64,000 nucleotides of DNA from Amoebidium appalachense (taxonomy: Eukaryota > Protista > Ichthyosporea): positions 7,506,001 through 7,570,000 of the forward strand of contig CAVNZM010000012.1 in the NCBI GenBank assembly GCA_963693365.1, given 5' to 3'. The position numbers and the translations under genes were made by a program. Positions 44,904 to 55,680 of this stretch are shown here, in pieces (the first letter of the stretch is position 1; each line of letters starts with the position of its first letter). A model generated the notes under the pieces. The model worked only from the letters and a program-made list of their open reading frames with translations. It made no database searches and was not told the DNA's origin.

Positions 44904-45982
44904 GGGTTATGGGCCCCTCACGTAATGATTCCATCAAGTTCAAGGTCGACATCCCTCTCTTCACTGGCATTGATAATGATTCAGGCACGGACTACCACAC
45001 ATGGGCCGAAACCATGTATGTCCAGCTTTCTGGTGCTGGTCTTCTCCACACCATCGCGCCCAGTACGGAGCACCCGGCTACCCGTGAACAGGTCGACACT
45101 GCCCGTTCCTACCTGTGGCAAGCACTCTCGGTTGACGTGCGTTGTATCCTAGGGTTAACACGCACCACCACACCTGCGGAGATATGGTCGGCCCTATCTG
45201 CCCACTACCTGGAGCAATCTGAGGCCAATCAGTACGACCTTATCGGGCTGTACATGAATTCTACGCCTGAACCTACGGACACCGCGACGAAATACGCCAT
45301 GAAACTCCGCGGCTACGTGCGGCGCCTGGCCGATTACGGCACACAAATTGGTGATGCTCAAGTGCTGACCAAGCTCACCAACGACCTCGGCAAGGTGCCT
45401 TACTACGAAATGCCTGTAATTGCCTACAAGATGACACCCAAGCCTACCGTGATGGGCCTCCTCCAACAGCTACGGGCATATGAGACCAGCCACCCACGTG
45501 CACGTGTGACTACCAGCTCCGGGCCGGCCGCCTTCACCACACGGGCTCCTCAACCTGTCATCTGCCACGGCTGCGGCAAACCAGGCCACATCAAGTCTCA
45601 GTGCCCCAACGGCAACGGCCAACACAGCAACTCTGGCAACAACCGTGCCAGCACCTACCCCAAGGGTTCCTGGCAGTGCGTCAACCACCCACTGTCTACC
45701 AGTCACACTACCGCCATGTGCAAGGGGGGCAACCGTGCCAACGGCCGCAAACCTAAGGGTGGTCCCCTCCCGCCTGGGTCCTGCATCAACCACCCTGCCT
45801 CTACTACCCACACTACGGCACAGTGCAAGGGGGGGCTGCCGCTCCCCGGGCTTTCCTCATGTCTAGCAACGACTGTGGCACCAACAAGGTGCTCCTCGAC
45901 TCTGGAGCCACTGACCATGTGTGCCCCCGGCCCGATGTGTTCATCAACATGCGTGCGGCGCCTTACTCCACGGTCCAAGTAG
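44768..45982 (+). CDS. gag: Copia Gag with one CCHC knuckle and two CHHC fingers
   Basis: 404-aa ORF starting inside the LTR; CHGCGKPGHIKSQC, CVNHPLSTSHTTAMC, CINHPASTTHTTAQC. Confidence 0.9.
   Translation: MSDNLQLQQLVQLLEQRLASQDAIISDLQKEQRALELASMNTMSNRVMGPSRNDSIKFKVDIPLFTGIDNDSGTDYHTWAETMYVQLSGAGLLHTIAPSTEHPATREQVDTARSYLWQALSVDVRCILGLTRTTTPAEIWSALSAHYLEQSEANQYDLIGLYMNSTPEPTDTATKYAMKLRGYVRRLADYGTQIGDAQVLTKLTNDLGKVPYYEMPVIAYKMTPKPTVMGLLQQLRAYETSHPRARVTTSSGPAAFTTRAPQPVICHGCGKPGHIKSQCPNGNGQHSNSGNNRASTYPKGSWQCVNHPLSTSHTTAMCKGGNRANGRKPKGGPLPPGSCINHPASTTHTTAQCKGGLPLPGLSSCLATTVAPTRCSSTLEPLTMCAPGPMCSSTCVRRLTPRSK
44905..44916 (+). promoter_or_regulatory. Primer-binding site (internal-half tRNA-iMet type)
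   Basis: GGTTATGGGCCC one base after the 5' LTR, the PBS type known from Drosophila copia-like elements. Confidence 0.85.
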
Positions 45983-48900
45983 CCGACAAGGGTGCATGTG
46001 CAGTGCTTGGGGTGGGCGACGTGTTCTTTTCCAGCACCATCGACGGCGTTACTGCGGTGCATCAGCTGACGGATGTACTCTACGTGCCCTCCATCCCCGA
46101 CACTCTCATCAGTGTGTTCACGGCAACTACCAACGGTGTTTTACCCCGCTTTGACACCCGCGGCGGCGTTAAGTTGTGCTACGGCGATCAAATTCTGGCC
46201 ACCGGCTCGGCTGTCGGCACCAAGCTGTACCACATGGCGGTGTCTCTTCTGCGCGCGGACACAACCCCGGACGCCCAAACCACCACTGCTCCGCGTATCC
46301 TCAAGGTTACTGCCGACCTCAACACGTGGCACTACCGTCTGGGCCATGCTGGCATTGACGCTGTACGCTCGGTCATCAAGTCTGCAGGCCTGTTGGTGGG
46401 TGGCGGTGCCAAGTCTCCGGGTGTGTGTGAGCCCTGTGCCCTCGGCAAAGCCCACCGTGTTGCCTTCTCCGAATCAACTAGCCAAGCTCCCCGGGTCCTA
46501 GCCAAGGTTCACAGCGACATCAGCGGCCCCTTCCCTCCCGCGATCGGTGGTGCTCAGTACTTGGCGACGTTCCACGACGAATTCACCGGCCACACCACGG
46601 CCGTGCCCCTCGTCAAGAAGTCGGACACACTGGCTGCATATGTGACGTACCACAAGGCGGCGGTTACCCAACACGGTGTTCCCATGCAGGTGTTTCAGTC
46701 CGACGGGGGGGGCGAGTACATGGGCACGGCCTTCGGGGACTACAACCGTGAGCATGGCATTCGCCATCAGATCACTACCACCGGCTCTCCTCAACAGAAT
46801 GGGACTGCCGAACGACTGAACCGGACCCTCCTCGACATGGTTCGGGCACTCCTGCAGCAGTCCGGCCTTCCGGTGGGATTCTGGGCCGAGGCAGCTGTGA
46901 CCGCGGCTTTTATACGCAACATGCTCCCGTCGCGAGCCACCGGCAGCCAATCGTCTCCCGCCCTGCTGTGGACCGGCATTCCTCCCGACTACAGCCGGCT
47001 CCGTGTCTGGGGCTCTCCCTGCTACGTCCATCAACAGGATACACCGAAACTGGCGCCTCGTGCCGTCAAGGGCATCTTCGTGGGCTACCCTCCTAACATC
47101 AAGGGCTACAAGGTCTGGATTCCAGCAGCACACAAGATGACCGTCAGCCGTGACGTGCAGTTCGACGAGGCTGCTATTCTGCACCCCCTCCGTGATGTCC
47201 CATCTGATTGGTCGACCGCACCGGCAATTCATCATTTTTTGGAGTCATCTGATTCGTCAAATCAGCCAGCCAATCACATCGTCCGGAATGATCAGCAATC
47301 TGATTCGTCTCGTCTGTCAGCCAATGGGACAGCGCCGAGTGATCAATTGGACATTCCGATCCTGCCCGAGCCTGCACATCGGCTCCCCCGGACGACCCGT
47401 AGTGGCGCTGTGTACAACGACCAACGTCGAGGCCCGACTGCCAACGTGGCTGCTGCTACGGCCCCCCTTGCCCCCCAGGCTACGGCTCCTGCATCAACAC
47501 CCATCAAGGCTTCCACCATTGTTGTCCCCAAGACTGTCCGGGCTGCACTCAAGAGTCCCCAGCGTCTGAAATGGGAGGAGGCTGCACACCGTGAGCTCAA
47601 GGCCCTGGAAGACAACGGCACCTTCACCCTTGTGCCCCGTCCAGAGGATGGCTCCACTGTCATTCCGGTCGGCTGGGTCTTTACGGTCAAGCAGGACAAC
47701 GTCGGCAACGTCACTGCTTTCAAGGCCCGGCTTGTGGCCCGGGGCAACTACCAGCAGCCTGGCCAGGACTATTTCGTCACCGAGTCACCTGTGGCTGCGC
47801 TGGCTACCATCCGGCTGGTTTTGGCTACCTCCGTGGCCCAAGGTCTGCCTCTGCGCCACATCGACGTCAACACAGCATTCCTCAACGGCACCGTCAACGA
47901 GACCATCTACATTGAGCAGCCCCCTGGCTTCGTCAACCCCTCGGCCCCCCATGCTGTCGGCTTGCTCCACAAGGCGCTCTACGGCCTAAAACAGGCACCG
48001 CGCCAGTGGTATGAGGCCCTCCGTGACCATCTCCTCGACCAAGGCTTCATTGTGAGTGCTGCTGACCCGTGCCTGTTCATCAAGAATGCCGGGACCCCAA
48101 CGTTTATTGCCCTTGCTGCCTACGTGGATGACTTCACCGTGACGGCCGCCACTGATGCGCTCATCGACGATTTTTTCACCAAGCTGGATGCGAGTCGTTT
48201 CTCTGCCAAGGACCTGGGTCGTCCTACCCTGCTCATCGGGCACACTCTTACCTGGCTGGAGGACGGGTCTCTGCGTCTGGGCCATCGTCAACACATCATC
48301 GACTTGGCTGCCCGTTTTCGTCTCACCCACATGTCCGGCACCAAGACCCCCATCGTCCCGGGCCAGGCCAGTGAAAGCAACAAGACCCCAGCCTACAGCA
48401 AGAAGGAGGACTATGCCAGCCTGGTCGGTGCCCTGCTGTGGATTGCGCGTACCACCCGCCCCGACATTTCCCAGGCTCTGGGAGTCCTTACTCGACACAT
48501 TCATGCGCCCACCGTCACCCACTGGACTATGGCTACCAGAGTTGTAAGCTACCTGCTGGCCACCATCGACCTGGGTATTGTCTACCGTCCCGGCCCCCCC
48601 AACCTTGTTGGCTACTCCGACTCCGACTACGCCGAGGACCGCGACACCCGGCGCTCCACCACGGGCTATGTCTTCTTCATCAACTCCTCCCCTGTGTCCT
48701 GGGTGTCTCGGCTCCAGTCCATCACCACCCACAGCTCCACTGAGGCTGAATTTGTGGCCATGTCTGCTGCTACGAACGAGGCCCTATGGCTCAACTATGT
48801 GATGGACGACCTGGGCCTTAATCCTATCAATGAGCCCACCCCGGTGCCCATCCATGGGGACAATGAGTCTGCCCGGGCCCTGCTGGACACCCTGGGGGTT

Positions 48901-49074
48901 AAGCCCAAGACCAAGCACATCGACGTCCGCTACTGCTCCGTCAAGGAACATCACCTGCTGGGCAACATCACTGTGGTCCCGGTGGCTTCTGCTGACAACA
49001 AGGCCGACATGTTCACCAAGGCCCTGTCTGCCTCTTTCTTCACCAAGGCCGTGGGGATGCTCAACATGTGCTGA
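45823..49074 (+). CDS. pol: Copia Pol (protease, integrase, reverse transcriptase, RNase H)
   Basis: LLDSGAT; WHYRLGH...CEPC; HSD / SDGGGEY / AERLNR; KGY; KALYGLKQA; YVDD; YSDSDY; ADMFTKAL. Uninterrupted for 1083 codons. Confidence 0.97.
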   Translation: MQGGAAAPRAFLMSSNDCGTNKVLLDSGATDHVCPRPDVFINMRAAPYSTVQVADKGACAVLGVGDVFFSSTIDGVTAVHQLTDVLYVPSIPDTLISVFTATTNGVLPRFDTRGGVKLCYGDQILATGSAVGTKLYHMAVSLLRADTTPDAQTTTAPRILKVTADLNTWHYRLGHAGIDAVRSVIKSAGLLVGGGAKSPGVCEPCALGKAHRVAFSESTSQAPRVLAKVHSDISGPFPPAIGGAQYLATFHDEFTGHTTAVPLVKKSDTLAAYVTYHKAAVTQHGVPMQVFQSDGGGEYMGTAFGDYNREHGIRHQITTTGSPQQNGTAERLNRTLLDMVRALLQQSGLPVGFWAEAAVTAAFIRNMLPSRATGSQSSPALLWTGIPPDYSRLRVWGSPCYVHQQDTPKLAPRAVKGIFVGYPPNIKGYKVWIPAAHKMTVSRDVQFDEAAILHPLRDVPSDWSTAPAIHHFLESSDSSNQPANHIVRNDQQSDSSRLSANGTAPSDQLDIPILPEPAHRLPRTTRSGAVYNDQRRGPTANVAAATAPLAPQATAPASTPIKASTIVVPKTVRAALKSPQRLKWEEAAHRELKALEDNGTFTLVPRPEDGSTVIPVGWVFTVKQDNVGNVTAFKARLVARGNYQQPGQDYFVTESPVAALATIRLVLATSVAQGLPLRHIDVNTAFLNGTVNETIYIEQPPGFVNPSAPHAVGLLHKALYGLKQAPRQWYEALRDHLLDQGFIVSAADPCLFIKNAGTPTFIALAAYVDDFTVTAATDALIDDFFTKLDASRFSAKDLGRPTLLIGHTLTWLEDGSLRLGHRQHIIDLAARFRLTHMSGTKTPIVPGQASESNKTPAYSKKEDYASLVGALLWIARTTRPDISQALGVLTRHIHAPTVTHWTMATRVVSYLLATIDLGIVYRPGPPNLVGYSDSDYAEDRDTRRSTTGYVFFINSSPVSWVSRLQSITTHSSTEAEFVAMSAATNEALWLNYVMDDLGLNPINEPTPVPIHGDNESARALLDTLGVKPKTKHIDVRYCSVKEHHLLGNITVVPVASADNKADMFTKALSASFFTKAVGMLNMC

Positions 49075-49260
49075 GCACCCGTCATCAACCAACTGCGCCC
49101 TCATACTTCAGGGGGGGGGAGAGAGTTGCATCCGACTGTGCAACTACGTGTACCATACTAAAATTGAGTAGGGGAATCTTTATTGTCTGTATTTTGTGCA
49201 CCTGAAGCACTCGAGCTCAGTTGCATTAATTCATACCACAATTATCCAATTGAGTAGGGG

Positions 49261-50026
49261 TGTTGGAGTACACTGGTACTCCCGGCTAGCAATGTCTGTT
49301 AGAGAAAGTTTCTGAGCAATTGAATAACTGTTTCAACACTCACTCGAGTGCATAGAGCTTTTGTTTACGGTCATATTCATATATGGTAGTTATATGTTTG
49401 AGCCAAAACTGTACCAATGACGAGCTTCACTAGCAACGTGCTAATTGTGCTCTCTTTTCGGCTATTCCCGGTTCAGATGATGTCATGTCTATATTTGCCA
49501 CAGGATTCTATTCTTAGAGTGGTAGTGTGCTTTATTCCCGGATATTCTCAGAATATTTTTAGTTGTGTGAAGCAAGATTTACGTTTAACTGCAATTGGTG
49601 TGTTAAACACGTTTATTTGTGTGCTTTAGTGCAAGTTAACTAGCCACTCAACGTGCACAGTTAACTTTTATATCTTTAACGACTTGTTTTCATTGTGCTC
49701 TCTTTTCGGCCATGCTGTACATGGCCCACCACCAGGGTGCACACGAGGCCACCATGAGGTGGCCAACGACTATATAAAGCAGTGCCTCCCATGTCACAAA
49801 CATGGGAAGCAGAACGTTTGATTTACACTTTTCTACTGTCGTTTCCAGTGCACAAAACACATAGACTAGTTACCCATCATACACGACACTATGTCTGACA
49901 ACTTACAGTTGCAGCAACTAGTCCAACTACTGGAGCAGAGGTTGGCCTCACAAGATGCAATCATTTCTGACTTACAGAAGGAACAACGTGCACTAGAACT
50001 AGCTTCTATGAACACAATGTCCAACA
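49261..50026 (+). repeat. 3' LTR of Copia element, preceded by PPT GAGTAGGGG
   Basis: Direct repeat of 44138-44903. Confidence 0.95.
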
Positions 50027-50112
50027 GGGTGGGGCACCCTCGGGGAGACCCCGGCAGCCGGGGGGGGGGGGGGGGGGGGGGGGGGGCAGCAGGGCCCCGG
50101 GGGGTTTAGAGT

Positions 50113-50812
50113 AGGGCAGCTGGGCCCGAGAGAGGTTGCAGGCAGGGCAGCAGGGCCATGTGCAGGGGATGCCCGAGCACGCAGGGATGCGGGCGGACAC
50201 AGAGTTAGAAGGGGGGGGGGAGGGAGTGCTAGGTGAGTGTAAGGGGGGGGGGGGAGGCTCGTGGGATGGGTGGGGAGTAAAATTATGTGCAGTGGCCAGA
50301 ATAACGTCTTTTGTGTAGGGACATGTATTCTGTGGCGCGCGCGGGCGCCGTAGGTGGCCTGCAAAAAATTTGTACTCAGCCCTAGTGGCCCGTGCTCCCG
50401 AGCTCCGTGTCCCTGTACCCGTGTATCCTAGCTCCTAGCCCCTATGTTCTATCTTGTGTGTGCGGGCAGCTGGGCCCGAGGGAGGTTGCAGGCAGAACAG
50501 CGGGGCCATGTGCAGGGGATGCCCGAGCACGCGGGGATGCGGGCGGACACAGAGTTAGAAGGGGGGGGGGGGGGGGGGGGGAGTGCTAGGTGAGTGTAAG
50601 GGGGGGGGGAGGCTCGTGGGATGGGTGGGGAGTAAAATTATGTGCAGTGGCCAGAATAACGTCTTTGTGTAGGGACATGTATTCTGTGGCGCGCGCGGGC
50701 GCCGTAGGTGGCCTGCAAAAATTTGTACTCAGCCCTAGTGGCCCGTGCTCCCGAGCTCCGTGTCCCTGTACCCGTGTATCCTAGCTCCTAGCCCCTATGT
50801 TCTATCTGTGTG
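50113..50812. repeat. Tandem duplication of a ~350-bp unit inside the Ngaro element
   Basis: GGGCAGCTGGGCCCGAG...CCCTATGTTCTATCT occurs at ~50114-50454 and ~50464-50807, with a few substitutions and different G-run lengths. Confidence 0.9.
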
Positions 50813-50830
50813 TGTGGGTGTGCGCGTAGA

Positions 50831-51860
50831 CTAGGCATTAGGCTTGCAGTCTTTGCGGGGGTGTGTGCCAGAGCAGAGCGGGCACACGTGGGAGAGGGGG
50901 CAGGGCTGCTTAGCGCAGGACCGACCTTAAATGTGGAAATTCATGTAGTGCGTGGCGGGTAGCTCCACCGATCGGGCCGGTGTTGCCAGGCCGGGGTGCG
51001 GGTCAGGGCGGTTGGGGGTTTGTCCCCCGCCGGGCTTGTGGGGCGGTGTGAAGCCATCAAGTCTTAGACCACAGCCGGGCTTGGGGTACTACATGGGACA
51101 GGCCTGAGGGGGGGCTTCAGGGGTAGAGGGGAGAGTGGCTTGGAGGGTCCGTGGTGGTGGGGGCCGCCGGAGGCGCGTCAGTGCCCGCGGGAGCGTTGGG
51201 CAGCTGGTTGCGGAGGTCGCGTAATTTGAAATTCGTTTGGAGGGGCGTCGAGCCTGAGGGTTCTTGCTGCTCGGGGGTTACTGGGAAAGCCGGAACAGGG
51301 AGGGGAGGAGGGGCTTTGACGGGATTGGTTTTGGGATCAGGCACGACGGAGGCAGGGTCAAAGGCAGGTAAGTCCGGACGGAGAAGGTTAACTGGGTCGG
51401 GCCAGGGGCTTTGGAAACGGGGGCGGGCAGCACGGTAGGCTGGCTGGGCAGAAACGTGGATGGGCAGGCAGCACGGTAGGCTGGCTGGGCAGAAACGTGG
51501 ATGGGAACGACCGGACCTGGCAGCATGTGTAGCTGGCCGGGGTCGGGTGGCAACAGGGCGGGAACAGCTGCAGGGGAACTGGGGCCGTGCAGGGTTTGGG
51601 GTAGCTGAGATCTCGACGAGGCTGGCCTTGTGATCTGAGGAAAAAAAAAAAAAAAATGCTGCTGGAATGCGGGGCAGACCAATGGAATGTGAGGTATCCA
51701 TCGACAGTGAAGTCATGGTGGGGGGAGACATGGCGGGAAACAGGGTGGGAAAACAGGGAAGGAGGCGGGTTGAACACGGTAAGCTGTTCTGGCAGGGACT
51801 TGGGGTCAGTACTCCTGAACAGTAGGAAAGCACAAGGTGCTTTGACTGGGTTTAACATAA
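50831..51860 (-). pseudogene. Ngaro gag-like ORF1 remnant
   Basis: Pro-rich broken frames ending MNFHI*GRSCAKQPCPLSHVCPLCSGTHPRKDC, resembling the Cys/His finger at the C-terminus of DIRS/Ngaro ORF1. A 39-bp tandem repeat lies at ~51426-51503. Confidence 0.65.
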
Positions 51861-54800
51861 GCGACGCGATTGGAGTACCGTATTTGAATACTCAGAAGGG
51901 CAATCGGGCAAGGACTATGAGCGAGGATAGTCAATGCGGATCGAAGCGGGGTGTGAAATTCTAGGCCATCGGGATTGAAAACGGGGTTTGAAATTAGACG
52001 AGTGGTAGGGACTTAGATCACAGCGGCGCGGCGCGTGAGGGACCATGTCAGGAAATCTTCTTGAAGTGTCGAGGAACTTGTAGGGCGACTAGCCCTAACC
52101 GGGACGGAACTGGCAGGAGTGCAAGCCTAACTTGCGAGGAGGACACGAGGGCAAGCTGAACTTGAAAGGATGGCACGATTGTCAAGGTGTGACAGAAGCT
52201 CGTGTCAAGAGTTGTCACGGAGTGTGAAAAGAAAATGTATAGCCGTAAGGGCTGTAGGTGCTCAACACAGAAGATGTGTTTGTAGCTTGCTGATCTGCTG
52301 AAAACTGTCTTGCTTATATACCTAAGCCTACCGACCTGAGCCAATTGAAAATCGATCCAGTGATATGTGAATCTGAATCGAACCAATCAAAATCGGTCTA
52401 GCGATATGTGGAATCTGATGTTTTGATTAGCTAATAGGTGCCCGTGTGCGAGCGGCCAATCGCGAACTGCTAAAACACGAAACGAAGCGTACATGGTTAT
52501 GTCAATATCGAACACCCATCCTACGTGTTTACCCAGAAAAATATTTATGTCAATAAATTCCACAAATAAAACCGTTACGCGAAAAACCGAGGCATTATTG
52601 TACTTGCCGTGCCACACGTGAGAGTGAAGTGCAAACCGGTAGCAAAAACGGAATTCTCGGTTTCTATAGAGTTTCTTTCTAATGTTTTTACTTTTGTATA
52701 TTACCCACCATCTATGTCGGTTGCCGAATTGACTCACGAGTTGTCACAGTTACCAATGTCCACTGTTATTTTAGGTGATTTTAACATGCGACTCCACCAC
52801 ACAGACACACTGCAAGTGAGTGTCGGGTACCCACCTAAGCCCCCGGAGCGCGCTATCCCTTTAGCCAGGTATGTCCAAAGTCACACTTTGCGGTTCCCTC
52901 AAATATCCCATGCCCACAACACCGACTGGGGAGTGGCCTTTTGGCCATCAGCCATGTCAAAACTCTCTCTCCCTCCTAACCTCTCTAGGTCATCTGACCA
53001 CTCTCCTATCTATCCTTTTCACGTATACCTAAGATCTCCCTTGATCTTCTCCCCCCTCCTGCTCCCACCTTTCGCCTCCGTCTATCCCAGCTAGATCTAG
53101 AGTTGATGTATATGTATGCTATGCAACGAAACACCCTATATATATGCGCCTATTAGAATCTGCACAAGCCAAACCAGATTCACATCTCGTACTAGATACA
53201 TGCACTAACTTTATTGTTGATGATTTAATAGATCTCGGTGATTATGCTGGTGGTGGTAGGAAGGAATATCCCGATGCTCTCTTGTTACCAAACACCACTC
53301 CCGCTAGACTATGCGAGCCCCTGTCTCAAAAGGAAAGCTTGCGCCGGCTTGCTAATATGAATCGATTTGGCCCCCCTGCTCGTATTATTGGTGATACCAC
53401 TGGAGACCTCCTCATAGACTCTGATAAGTATTTCTCGGAACTAGTACTGTTTAAAGATAGGACCCCCGCTCAGAAACCTATTGTGTGGCCTGTAGACCCA
53501 TCTATCCCCATAGAATCGATCCTCCCCTTTTTCAGTCCCGATATCATATGGTCTGTGATATCTAGTTATAGCTCTAGTAAGTCTTGTGGACCTGATGGAC
53601 TTCCTGGTGGGTTTCTTTACATCCTTGTTCCCTCCTACCCACAAAAGGAAAGTGATCGTGCTATTAAACCTGATCTTACTATTATGTTAAGCTCTCTCTT
53701 TTCTTGGTGTGTTAAATGATTGTGGAAATGTCCCGTCAACTTGGTTAGATACCTTAGTGATCCCCATAGTTAAAGAAGGACTCTGAGGGCCCCCATATCA
53801 TCTTTTCGCCCCATCACACTAACCCAGGTTGTTCGTAGATTCTTTGAAGCTTGCTTACTTGGGTTATTTGCACATCACCCTAGGTTTCAATCTATTCTTC
53901 ACATACACCCATGCCAATCCGCTTTTCGTAAGAACAATTCATGTTATGTCCAAATAATGGCACTGCATGCGCACGATTCTATGCAAGTTGGTGCACGATA
54001 TGTTGGCTTTATTGATTGGAAAACTGCTTACGATTCTGTCTCCCCTGGTCTCCTATGGGAAAAGCTTGCTGCACGGGGTGTACCACGTGCACACTGCATT
54101 GGTGTTCTGTTAGTCTAAGAAGCACTCTTGTCTCAAACCTATGGTAGAGCTGTGGTTAATGGGCATCTTTCATATGGTTTTACTCGTACTAGAGGTCTCT
54201 TGCAGGGTTCATTGCTTAGCCCCTTTTTGTTTAACCTATTTATAGATGATTTGGCTGTCAAGATTTATGCCGAAAATGATGACCCTATCTATTAATAACT
54301 TTCCGCCTGCACTTCTCTATGCTGATGATCTGTCCCTCCTTGCCCGTACCCCTAGACGCCTGCAAAGTTTGTTCGATGTAGTGTCAGAGTGGTGCGAGGC
54401 AAACCTTATGATCCTTAACATACTGGACAAATGTGGTGTTCTTGGACCTGATATAGCTAACAATTTACACACATTTACATTATCATCTAAACCTGTACCT
54501 ATAGTTCCAGAATACAAATATCTTGGTGTTCCGGTTAATTCTGTTGGTGTTATGTTTTCCCATATGGTCGAAAAGAGGGTAGAGTTGGCTCGTAAGCGAT
54601 GAGCTTTCTTCTCGGCTAATATTTTTTTAGACACACCCCTCCATCCTTCTATTTTAGACTTACATTTATTCGCACTTTTGTCTTCCCGGCATGTGAATAT
54701 GGTTTACCCCTTCTCGCCGCTTGGATCAAGAAAGAGAGAACTAGAGCGCTTAAACCCTTGGCAAATTTCCTTGAAGCAGAAGTTGCCTCCTTTCTATCTA

Positions 54801-55613
54801 ACAACTGTTGTAAACCTGGGCCTGTAACGCTCTCGATATATGGTCTGGTCCCAATAGCTGCTAGAGTATCCCATCTCGCGCTGAAATTCAATAAGCACAT
54901 AAGCCGCTTAAAGAAGTATTTGCCCTCCCACCCTCTCTTCTCTATCCGACCTGTCCCCTCCTCACCTCTCCCCTCTTTCCTTCCCTCTCTCTCTCCTTCT
55001 CCCCCGGGCACAAATACAAATAAACCCCGCAAAAGTGTGCGTGTGGCTTTGGACTGCCACTTACTTATTAAACATGTACACAATCACAAGATAATCACGC
55101 AATACCACAAATGGAAAAAGCCTTGCCACACGACACGAGACCCGATGAAAGCAGACACCTTGAAAAACTAAGCCTTATGTCTCCGTTTATATATAATGAC
55201 CGCCCTAACCATATTGCCAAATATGGCACTCGCAAATGTATAACACCTAAATACATATTACCTTCCTGTAGAACTGGTCTTTCTCTAGCTGATGGTATTA
55301 TTGATCAATTACCACGCTTTTACTGTACACGTGCTATACAGTGGAGATCTAACAAATATAAGGTGGCATCGTTTGCATGCCCAAACAACACACACACACA
55401 CCAGTTTAAACGGTCATGTATCGCCAAATGTAGTTTCATAGACCACATAATACCGCAACACACACACGTCACATTCACCTGAGACACCCAGAAAGATAGC
55501 CTACCGTAAATTACAACATCCTTGATTTTATACTAAAAACGCGTAACTACGACCTGTTTATTAGATGTATTGGTTGGCTTGAGAAACACATCACTACAAA
55601 ATTCTAGCGCACG

Positions 55614-55680
<67 letters not shown>

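Larger units (their letters stand above)
44138..50026 (+). mobile_element. Near-intact Ty1/Copia LTR retrotransposon (5889 bp)
   Basis: Two 766-bp LTRs that look identical by eye (44138-44903, 49261-50026; TGTTGG...CCAACA), 5-bp TSD GGGTG (44133-44137, 50027-50031), PBS, PPT, and PR-IN-RT-RH order. Confidence 0.97.
42105..52573 (-). mobile_element. Ngaro-type (DIRS order) tyrosine-recombinase retrotransposon, internally deleted
   Basis: Split direct repeats in the order A1...B1-A2-B2 on the minus strand: A = 52224-52573 and 42322-42671 (350 bp, one mismatch seen), B = 42672-42760 and 42105-42193 (89 bp). It contains a gag-like region, an RT fragment and a YR. No conventional TSD. Confidence 0.9.
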
